Source: an uncultured Smithella sp.
GTDB taxonomy: Bacteria > Desulfobacterota > Syntrophia > Syntrophales > Smithellaceae
Assembly (NCBI GenBank): GCA_964469905.1
Contig: CAYXZW010000004.1
Span: 44,173-76,172 of the forward strand
DNA length: 32,000 nucleotides
Direction: 5' to 3'
Positions 1-7,662 of this stretch are shown piece after piece. The position numbers were made by a program, and so were the translations under genes. The notes under the pieces are model-generated. The model made no database searches. It was not told the origin of the DNA and was given only the letters and a program-made list of their open reading frames with translations. The number at the start of each line of letters is the position of its first letter. Position 1 is the stretch's first letter.

Positions 1-84
1 TATAAACTGTTCCCCCTGCCTTAGTCATTTGGCATATAGATGTGTTTATAATGTCGTGAAGCCCCCGTGTTCTTTTTATGTATA

Positions 85-1077
85 TTATTTTGCGATACAT
101 TGTTTTAACGAAGTCTCAATATCAATGATCTCATTATCTTCTTTGAAATACATGTAGTGTAAATGAAAGCTATCCTGATCATTTTTAATTATTGTGCCTG
201 CAATAGATTTGTCATTATTAGTTATTGAAGGCATTACGCAAGCGACATATAATTCAATTTCTTTGGATGGTTTCCCTTTAAAACCAAATATATTCCACCA
301 TTTTTCACCGCTACCGCTTCTTAAAAGTTCTCTTATGAAAGTAGCGTAAGCCAAACCTTGTTGGATTGCCTTTGCCGGTGGTTCTTTTGAAATATTTTCA
401 TCCTTAAGTTCCATAATACAAAGTTTTGTCTGCTTCCCCCCCAATCCAATGCGGGACATAATATCAACATGACCATCATGATCCTTACGATATTCCACTT
501 TTTTTATTTTGTTGGCGCTTAAAGGAATGGGCATTTGAAAGCGGGCAATCTCTGCAATCCTAACGGGCTGGATGTGGCTTAAAATTTTATTTTTACTGCT
601 CCTTTTTGAAAACTCGGTTAATAATAAACTTTCAATTCTATGTTCGTCATTTTTTTTCCCGGAAATGTTTGTTCTTTTGGAACAAGCAGAAAAATATTTT
701 CTGAAATCTTTTGCCTCATTTGACTTCCATTCAACATCGTTTCCTAATTGAACATTACATTTAAAATCTCTGTTATTTTTTTCATCATAATCTTTTGTTG
801 AAATAGTTATTTTATCTTTACCCACTTTAAGCTTTGCGACATCTTGACCTAAATAGCGCAAACTAAATTTCATGCCACGTTTGGCCTCTGTCACATTCAT
901 GTATAAATATAAAGGCGCCCATTCATGGAATTTTTTTTTGTAAGTTCTGATTGTTTCCAAGTTGGCATTTATTTCTTTTGCATACGTCAAATATCTTGTT
1001 TGCCACTCCGTATTTTGTTTTAAGAGCTCCTGTACTTTGGAAATTGTATTTTGGCAGTCATCGATAAAAACGCTCAT
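85..1077 (-). CDS. hypothetical protein with PD-(D/E)xK-like nuclease signature, coupled to the upstream beta-CASP nuclease gene
   Basis: The track ORF 85..1092 begins at a TTG. The ATG at 1075-1077 lies 7 nt after GGAGG (revcomp of 1085-1089) and 2 nt after the TAA (1080-1082) of the upstream gene. The motif GHVDIMSRIG...LCIMELKD resembles a D...(D/E)xK restriction-endonuclease-fold core. I recognise no named family. Confidence 0.6.
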   Translation of the reverse strand: MSVFIDDCQNTISKVQELLKQNTEWQTRYLTYAKEINANLETIRTYKKKFHEWAPLYLYMNVTEAKRGMKFSLRYLGQDVAKLKVGKDKITISTKDYDEKNNRDFKCNVQLGNDVEWKSNEAKDFRKYFSACSKRTNISGKKNDEHRIESLLLTEFSKRSSKNKILSHIQPVRIAEIARFQMPIPLSANKIKKVEYRKDHDGHVDIMSRIGLGGKQTKLCIMELKDENISKEPPAKAIQQGLAYATFIRELLRSGSGEKWWNIFGFKGKPSKEIELYVACVMPSITNNDKSIAGTIIKNDQDSFHLHYMYFKEDNEIIDIETSLKQCIAK

Positions 1078-1079
1078 AG

Positions 1080-2327
1080 TTAAACCTCCCAATATTCGCC
1101 ATTGGAGTGTAATTGAACATTTCTAAATATTTCACTATATTTTTCCGGCATGAAAGTATGGATTGGAACAATTTTGGTTGGTTTCAATGCTTCGGCAAAT
1201 AGATTCAAATCATCAATGCTCGCATGTCCTGAGGTATGAATGCTCACTTTGGGTATATTATGTTTTGCTAACCATTCTCGCAAATAAGAGAAAGATTCTT
1301 GTTCCCAATAACCTTCCCATTGAGAATAGACATATACAGAATCTTTGCACAAATCCGCTTTTTCAAGATCCCGCATATGTAGTGGCCGAAAAAGTAAGAC
1401 GTATTTGGTTGATATTTCTTTCAGGTTATCAATAAAGATTCGGTTTTGAGAGTGTTTTTTTAAAAGATCAAACCATTGATTATTTTTTATTTGAACCCGT
1501 TGCGATTGCGGAATATAAAGAGCTATCTTTGGCCAAAATGATTGCGGGATATTCTTATTCCCAGTAGCCTCAAGAATGATGGCAGTATAAAGGTCAATAA
1601 CCAAGGTTTTTCCGGTTCTCTTGCTAGCCTTGAAAATGGAAACAATGCGGTCAATATTTTGGGAGGAGGTATGCACAAGAGTAAGGCCGCTTGCATTTGT
1701 AAGAGTATTTACAAACTTCTGCTCAATGTCTTCTTCACGTGGGAAAGATTCATGCTTTTTTAATCTACCGAGAGTAGAGCCCTCTAATAATAAAACATCA
1801 ATGCACTCCGGTGGATTGGCGATTAATCTTTCTGTCAGTTTAGCCTTTCGACCATGCATCCTGAAATCACCGCTATATAATAAACGTTTTCCATCTGCTT
1901 CAATCAAGAGCGAATAAGCATCATATCCGGAATGGTCAATTAAAAAAGGTGTAACTTTGAAAGGTCCAAGTTCAATGGGTATTTCAGATTTCAGATTCAA
2001 GCCATCGGCAGGTATTGGCCAATTACTTGGTAAAAAACGGGATGCTTGTGTTAATATTCTTCGAGCATTAGCACCCATTATTATAGGTATCTTGCTGCTG
2101 ATATGAGCAAGTAACCCAAAATGATCTAAATGAGGATGTGAAATCAGTATTGCCAAAAGCGAATCATCGTTGCCATCAAAACCAGAAATATCAGGCAAAT
2201 ATTTAGCATCATTCTTTTTGGCATCAAGCGGTAAGCCAAGATCAATGATCAGCCGTTGACCATTAGAAATAATTTCAACGCAACTTCCTCCAATCTCTTT
2301 AGCACCACGGTGAATGCATACTTGCAT
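1080..2327 (-). CDS. metallo-beta-lactamase-fold nuclease of the beta-CASP type (RNase J/CPSF-like)
   Basis: HPHLDH (HxHxDH) zinc motif with an upstream GGSC. Later LLLEGSTLG, HTSGHAS and VPIHT motifs fit beta-CASP motifs A, B and C. The N-terminus MQVCIHRGAKEIGGSCVEI is typical of the family. ATG at 2327; the track uses a TTG at 2342. Confidence 0.85.
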   Translation of the reverse strand: MQVCIHRGAKEIGGSCVEIISNGQRLIIDLGLPLDAKKNDAKYLPDISGFDGNDDSLLAILISHPHLDHFGLLAHISSKIPIIMGANARRILTQASRFLPSNWPIPADGLNLKSEIPIELGPFKVTPFLIDHSGYDAYSLLIEADGKRLLYSGDFRMHGRKAKLTERLIANPPECIDVLLLEGSTLGRLKKHESFPREEDIEQKFVNTLTNASGLTLVHTSSQNIDRIVSIFKASKRTGKTLVIDLYTAIILEATGNKNIPQSFWPKIALYIPQSQRVQIKNNQWFDLLKKHSQNRIFIDNLKEISTKYVLLFRPLHMRDLEKADLCKDSVYVYSQWEGYWEQESFSYLREWLAKHNIPKVSIHTSGHASIDDLNLFAEALKPTKIVPIHTFMPEKYSEIFRNVQLHSNGEYWEV

Positions 2328-2399
2328 TAGAAATCCTGTCAAACTTACTTACCAAGGGTCTAAATACCTAGGAGTAACTCCATTAGCTTTTCATGCAAC

Positions 2400-2723
2400 T
2401 TATCTTAGCATCCCTGTGTTTGTTGCTACGCTAACACAACGATCATCCCAAAGCTCAACCATATCAAAGTCTTTTACATTGGTAACTTCAAGTTTCGGCA
2501 AACCATGTGCAACAAGCCATTCATGGATATATCGTATTGCTTCATCCCCATGTGTCACTCTGGCTGTAAATATCTTGACGCATTTCCCTTCGGCAATCCA
2601 ACTTTTCACTCGGTCCAGCATTGGTAGTATAGGTTTACCGATGTGTTCAATACCTATCCAATCATTGTATTCAGCCAGCGTCCCATCAAGATCAACACCT
2701 ATCCACTGATTACCCTTGTTCAT
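2400..2723 (-). CDS. small HAD-superfamily phosphatase-like protein (capless)
   Basis: 107 aa. VDLDGTL matches HAD motif I (DxDxT), FTAR matches motif II, and LWDDR is an acidic motif IV-like element. Confidence 0.65.
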   Translation of the reverse strand: MNKGNQWIGVDLDGTLAEYNDWIGIEHIGKPILPMLDRVKSWIAEGKCVKIFTARVTHGDEAIRYIHEWLVAHGLPKLEVTNVKDFDMVELWDDRCVSVATNTGMLR

Positions 2724-2771
2724 TTGCTATATGTCTCCATACTTTTTAAGGGATCTTCTTTGATAGCACTG

Positions 2772-4238
2772 TCATGTAAACTTGTATAACTTCTCTACGA
2801 TATCAACCATACCCATGGTATCTAATCCACAATATTCTTCCAGTAACTTTCTGACCTTGGCCCTATCTTCATTATCTTCTGAAAATGTAACCCTTAAATA
2901 TTCGCTACTAGCTGTCCCACCATCACCAATCTCCATATCATCATATGACTTACCTGTAAGTACCGGCAATACTTTCTTGAGCGAACAACTGCCATCCTGC
3001 TTGGGATGATAATAAGCAAAATCCCTGAAAGGCTGAAGTAAATCAACAATTCTTTCTTCTATAGATGCCACCCATTTTTTATATTCGGGAAGGACATCGG
3101 TACATCTTTTAAGAATACCTATCTCAAAACCAGCATTATATGCAATTACAGAACCTTTGGCGCCCATAACTTCGTTTAGCTTTGCCATAAACTCCGGACG
3201 CGGATCATTAGTTCCATCTGCCAGAAATGAAAAATGTTCTGGTCTGGCCCCTTTTTCTTTAACAACATGCACGGAGAATTGGAAGGGGATTTGCTGATAA
3301 GGTTTGGAATCATCGAACATCGGAATACCTGAAGAACATGTCTCAAAATCCATGTAATAAGCAGGATATTGAATTGTATCTAAAAACCCTTTTACCATCT
3401 CCAAATCAACATAAGGTTTCTTCGATTTTTCACAATCAACCTGTATTTGATTCTTTTCGTTTAGCTTAATTTTGTCAGGTATTTTAACTAAATCAAGGAT
3501 GTCATCTTTAATCAAGGCTAGGGGAAGGTTCTTGTTTCTGTAAAGCAAGAATACATTTCTTTCCGGCAGGAATGACCAGCATATATCTATTATTGGGCAC
3601 TCGTATGGATCATTGCAATGTGTGCCAATGCCTATCTCGGGACATGTTTCAGCGGTAATAGCTTTAACCATTTCTACAACATCATTTTCAATTGCCTTAC
3701 TGTATGATGTTTTTATTTCTTTAGTAACATCAATCTTTTTAAATAATTTATAAGGATCTATATCTCCCTTGCGAACATAAGTATTATCAATGCACATTAA
3801 ATAACATTTATCTATCTTTATCCCGGCTCCGGAATAAACATAATATTGAAAACCAATATCAGCGTAATTAACATCCTTCAAGTCTGTCGAACTTTTAACT
3901 TCAATCAAGTTCCACTTGCCCCAGCCAGTCGGTTCTAAAATATCCGCCCTTGCATAGCAATTCTTATATGCCAAAGCCGCTTCAAATATTGGGACTCTTT
4001 TTAGTATAAGTTCCCTGGTTGATTTCAGGCCTTCTTCAAATGATTTGCTATGATCAACTTCTATACCTTCTGGAAATAATTTCTTTGAATAGTCGCCTAC
4101 GAGATGTCCCTGTGAAAATATGGCTTGAGTGGATTCATCCGGTTCAGGAATGGATTCCGATTCATTATAAATATACCAAAGCAGCTTTTTACACTGTAAC
4201 CCGTTAAGATATTTTGTTTTGGATAGTCTTATGCTCAT
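2772..4238 (-). CDS. DUF2779 domain protein (RecB/Cas4-like N-terminal nuclease fold plus C-terminal DEDD-like exonuclease fold)
   Basis: 488 aa. The N-terminus LSKTKYLNGLQCKKLLWY is the characteristic DUF2779 opening. A Cys cluster follows (CPEIGIGTHCNDPYECPIIDIC). YYMDFET and IPFQFSVH are present in the C-terminal half. Confidence 0.8.
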   Translation of the reverse strand: MSIRLSKTKYLNGLQCKKLLWYIYNESESIPEPDESTQAIFSQGHLVGDYSKKLFPEGIEVDHSKSFEEGLKSTRELILKRVPIFEAALAYKNCYARADILEPTGWGKWNLIEVKSSTDLKDVNYADIGFQYYVYSGAGIKIDKCYLMCIDNTYVRKGDIDPYKLFKKIDVTKEIKTSYSKAIENDVVEMVKAITAETCPEIGIGTHCNDPYECPIIDICWSFLPERNVFLLYRNKNLPLALIKDDILDLVKIPDKIKLNEKNQIQVDCEKSKKPYVDLEMVKGFLDTIQYPAYYMDFETCSSGIPMFDDSKPYQQIPFQFSVHVVKEKGARPEHFSFLADGTNDPRPEFMAKLNEVMGAKGSVIAYNAGFEIGILKRCTDVLPEYKKWVASIEERIVDLLQPFRDFAYYHPKQDGSCSLKKVLPVLTGKSYDDMEIGDGGTASSEYLRVTFSEDNEDRAKVRKLLEEYCGLDTMGMVDIVEKLYKFT

Positions 4239-4320
4239 AGGGTTATTTTGTCATTTTCTGCTTTAATCATAAGAGAATGAACATCATTTAAGTGAATTCT
4301 GTATCTTTTCAAATATACTT

Positions 4321-4971
4321 TCACAACAATACTTTGAAGTAAGGATATGATACAATAAGAAGTCCAAATATAATCGTATATGCAATTAAAGTTAATGCTT
4401 TTGATTCGACTACTAATTTTAGGGCAGATCCCAGTGATTTTTTAGGTGACCAGAAAATTAGAAATTTAAAATAAAAAAGCGAGCTGCCTTCATCAAGCAC
4501 GAGATGACTTAGATAACCTGCGCCTAGGGCAATGGCTATATAAAACCTCAACCTCATACCTAAATCGACTACCTGTAAAGCAAGGAATGATCCAAGCGTT
4601 ATAATAACCGCAGCTGGTATTGAATGCCAAATTCCCCTATGAGTGGTCATCTTTTTTATAATAGGACTAATCACGAACTTAACTGCCAGCACAGCAATTA
4701 TAACTCGCAATATAATTTCACCGTTATCGGATAGTATAGCTTTGAAATAGCTGTATGTTAATGCACCTACGGCCAATGAAAGCAATGATGAGGCAACGTG
4801 AAAAGGCACGGAAGTGTCCGAGTCCAAATCTGGTAAAATCGAGCCGATTGCTATGGCCACGGTGATTAAAAATGCTTTGGGCTGAGGGAGAAGCCCGTTA
4901 GATAAGATGAATATCAAAGCTGCACCACCTAAAACTACGCCGGCAGAAATGTGCGTATTGAAGCTGGCCAT
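4321..4971 (-). CDS. membrane-bound metal-dependent hydrolase, YdjM/DUF457-like
   Basis: 216 aa polytopic membrane protein. It has an N-terminal FNTHISAG, then LPDLDSD and WHS/SHLVLD histidines, as in the DUF457 family. Confidence 0.65.
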   Translation of the reverse strand: MASFNTHISAGVVLGGAALIFILSNGLLPQPKAFLITVAIAIGSILPDLDSDTSVPFHVASSLLSLAVGALTYSYFKAILSDNGEIILRVIIAVLAVKFVISPIIKKMTTHRGIWHSIPAAVIITLGSFLALQVVDLGMRLRFYIAIALGAGYLSHLVLDEGSSLFYFKFLIFWSPKKSLGSALKLVVESKALTLIAYTIIFGLLIVSYPYFKVLL

Positions 4972-5066
4972 TAAATTTTTCCCTTTATCTATTATACTGA
5001 GGTAAAATAATTATTCCGGTTTAAGCTAACTTTATTATTTATATGCCCCTAGGACGATCTTCTCTT

Positions 5067-5520
5067 TCAAATTCTACTGCTAAAGTAATGGACAATCTTC
5101 ACCATGGCTAATGTATTTTGACCACAGTAATTCAGCATATGCTTGCGCAATGTTTCCTTACGTTTTGTTGCTGTATCTGGATGTATCGCTTCAAAAAACG
5201 CTGCCTGTGCTTCCATTCCATCGTGTACCTCTTCAAGTTATTCATAATTAAATTCAGGCGAAACTGTTTGCAGTACTGCCTTAATAGACCATGAACCATT
5301 CATATCTTGATGGTAATAGCAGCTACGTAGAAGTGGAAGCAGGTCACATATTCTACCCTGAATTGCTGTCAAAGCACCCCCTATATTGGAAAGAGCTCAA
5401 TTAAAACACCAATAACCATTCTTTCAAAATGACCATAGGTGATAATTGACCCTTCTTTTTCAAGGTCAAGGATCATTTGTTCTGCATGGTTCCGCACAGC
5501 AAGCCCCTTTAACAGTTTTT
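5067..5520 (-). pseudogene. decayed 3' portion of a second DUF2779 gene
   Basis: Minus-strand translation across at least two frames gives AVRNHAEQMILDLEKEGSIITYGHFERMVIGVLIELFPI*, then ALSNIGGALTAIQGRICDLLPLLRSCYYHQDMNGSWSIKAVLQTVSPEFNYE*LEEVHDGMEAQAAFFEAIHPDTATKRKETLRKHMLNYCGQNTLAMVKIVHYFSSRI*. This is colinear with the C-terminus of the intact copy at 2772..4238 (EFMAKLNEVMGAKGSVIAYNAGFEIGILKRC...YYHPKQDGSCSLKKVLPVL...KLLEEYCGLDTMGMVDIVEKLY). There is an in-frame TAA at 5238-5240 and a frameshift near 5385-5395. The remnant may extend up to about 5600, into the tail of ORF 5521..5973. Confidence 0.75.
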
Positions 5521-5973
5521 TCAAGAAAACCTATAGAAAACAAATGCCAGCAATTCCATTTCCCTAATTTCAAAGAGAATCTTAAACGGGAGATGCATAA
5601 TCATCTGTTTTTCGGTTTCAGACACTGACAGAAGAGTTAAATCGACCAATGTCTTCAATTGTTTTATTTCTTCGGCAAGCTTCTTGGTCCCTTTGAAAAC
5701 ACTCTGTCGATAATAATCAGCCTTCTCCCAGATCTGTTTATTGCCCGCATTGCCGATGTTGATCGTGTGCTCCAGAAGAGCAATATTGCCAATCTTCCAT
5801 ATCCAGTCGTCATAGTTCTCATTTGTCGACTTCAGCCAGACATCCTTCAATTCCTGATAATTCACGGCGTTCTGTGAAAATACGTGTTCACGCTGTATCT
5901 GGATGCCGTCATCCTCATCTATGTCATAGTCGAAAATCCTACTCAATTCTTCATCTGAGTAGTCATAAACCAT
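5521..5973 (-). CDS. DUF1524 (His-Me finger/HNH-like) C-terminal half of a GmrSD-family type IV restriction enzyme; likely part of an interrupted gene
   Basis: REHVFSQ ... IGNIALLEHTINIGNAGNK matches the DUF1524 EH..(P/S)Q ... GN..LL....N....N pattern. The ORF is in the same reading frame as 6022..7662 and is separated from it by a single TGA. Confidence 0.7.
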   Translation of the reverse strand: MVYDYSDEELSRIFDYDIDEDDGIQIQREHVFSQNAVNYQELKDVWLKSTNENYDDWIWKIGNIALLEHTINIGNAGNKQIWEKADYYRQSVFKGTKKLAEEIKQLKTLVDLTLLSVSETEKQMIMHLPFKILFEIREMELLAFVFYRFS

Positions 5974-6021
5974 GCGTTCATATTCATAGAGGACATACTT
6001 GAAGTTTCCATACCCCAGATC

Positions 6022-7662
6022 TCAGACAAGATATTCCTTTTTATATCCAAAGGAAAAATTGCGGACATGGTCGACAATTTTATCCACATAGTTAGATTCC
6101 CAGACGAAGCTACCGACCGGACGCTTTCCGATAGTCCAGATTGCGAGCTCGTTTTCTTCAATAAGATTGAAGATCGTTACCGGCTTCGAGGCAAACTGAC
6201 TGAATTCGTCAATTTGTCCAATGCACATTCCATATCGGTCTTTCAAAAATCCGAATAGGTCCCTATATGGTCTAATCAGCTCAATGTCCCGTGAAACCCC
6301 AGATTCAGCTGTCAGTGCAGCAAGCTTGGCATTTGCTCCCTTGATCCGGTCAATCTCCTCAAACAGATTGATGGCGGCCATCTCCCCCGTCTTGGGAATA
6401 CTCTGTCCCGGTTCAAGCATGGACATGGTTTGTGGAGGTGTATTTTTATATATCTCAACCAGCAGCGCCTTGCTAAATACCGACAGCCCCAGGATGCTGA
6501 AAAGCTGTTTGAATGGATACCAGGTCTTGGCAATATAAGGGTCTTTGTGACTATAAGCCAATTCACAGGGGACTGCCGTGTCAGCAACATAGCGCAGGAA
6601 AGATATGATGCTACGGATCTTGTCCGCCAGATATGGGATAATGACTTTGATGTTGTCATTCTGCAGCACCAACGTTTCGCGGAACACCTTATTAATGGAC
6701 TCGTAAATCCTGTCTTCGCCGGATTCGTACCAAACCTCTACCTTGCGTTTATTGTCTCCTTCATCATTGAGCAGGTCGTTCAGGTACTTCCGGTAGAAGC
6801 CTTCCCGGAGCAGCATGAAGTTTAGAATCCGTATGACGTCGGCCTCGGCGCTCTCCGGCTTAGGATAGATTTTGAGCGAACAGAGAAGCTCTATGGTTTC
6901 AAAAAGTCCGCCGAACATGTTATCAATATCACGGTCCAGGTCAATATCCTTTTCAACCTTCTGTGCGTAGAACATCAGGGTGCTCTTGAGCTTTTCCGTA
7001 TTGGTCAATCGCTTGCCCCGATCGGTTTGAGAAACGAACAGGGTTCCCGCCAGTTCTAGGTTATCCTCGACCAATATCTGTACGACTTGAAGATTCTGCT
7101 GAACAAACCGCTTTAAGTCGTCCCGGCGCGGAAAATCCGCCAGCCGGCGGCGGAAATAGTCGTAAGTTACCCTGATGCGACGATTGCTTTTCGTCTTCGG
7201 CTCTATCGCTGTGCCACTAACAAGATGCAGGAAATACTCGTGGTCCACCTTGCCGGGGATCAGTTTGGGAATAGCGGCATTGAAGATATGCGACACGATG
7301 GCGGCATCCTGAAAGGCGAGGAGAAAGAGAAAAAAGGTTATGGTGCGCTGCTGGCCATCGATGACAAAATAGAAGTCGTTGCCTGTGTCCAACTGCGCCA
7401 GCAGCTCGTGGCGCAGGATGTCCTGATTTACATATTCATCCAGCTGGGCATAACTGACCTTGGCAAGATAGATGCTACCCAACAAGTAGGGCAGGTATTC
7501 CGCTTCTTCAATGGCAAATACCAAGTCGTTCCAGAAGTCCTCGATGTGCTTCTCCTCCCAGGAGAATGGACGCTGGTACTTGGGCATCAACAACTGCCTT
7601 TTGCCGCCGAACATTTCCGTATAGTAGTTACAGATGGAAACCTTGATCTTGTCAGTGGTCAA
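6022..7662 (-). CDS. DUF262 (ParB-like nuclease/NTPase) N-terminal part of a GmrSD-family type IV restriction enzyme
   Basis: MPKYQRPFSWEEKHIEDFWNDL and VIDGQQRTITFFLFL (DGQQR) are DUF262 hallmarks. The TTG start at 7660-7662 overlaps the TGA (7659-7661) of the upstream TIR gene. The ORF ends at TGA 6022-6024, and the same frame stays open beyond it into 5521..5973. Confidence 0.8.
   Translation of the reverse strand: MTTDKIKVSICNYYTEMFGGKRQLLMPKYQRPFSWEEKHIEDFWNDLVFAIEEAEYLPYLLGSIYLAKVSYAQLDEYVNQDILRHELLAQLDTGNDFYFVIDGQQRTITFFLFLLAFQDAAIVSHIFNAAIPKLIPGKVDHEYFLHLVSGTAIEPKTKSNRRIRVTYDYFRRRLADFPRRDDLKRFVQQNLQVVQILVEDNLELAGTLFVSQTDRGKRLTNTEKLKSTLMFYAQKVEKDIDLDRDIDNMFGGLFETIELLCSLKIYPKPESAEADVIRILNFMLLREGFYRKYLNDLLNDEGDNKRKVEVWYESGEDRIYESINKVFRETLVLQNDNIKVIIPYLADKIRSIISFLRYVADTAVPCELAYSHKDPYIAKTWYPFKQLFSILGLSVFSKALLVEIYKNTPPQTMSMLEPGQSIPKTGEMAAINLFEEIDRIKGANAKLAALTAESGVSRDIELIRPYRDLFGFLKDRYGMCIGQIDEFSQFASKPVTIFNLIEENELAIWTIGKRPVGSFVWESNYVDKIVDHVRNFSFGYKKEYLV

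Noticed and set aside
6022-6024. The in-frame TGA in the GmrSD-like gene as programmed recoding (selenocysteine, or a genetic code in which TGA is a sense codon).
   Set aside because: TGA clearly terminates neighbouring genes at family-typical C-termini (2772, 4321, 7659, 28291). A genome-wide reassignment is therefore unlikely. I see no reason to expect selenocysteine in this family. A nonsense mutation or a sequencing error is the simpler explanation.
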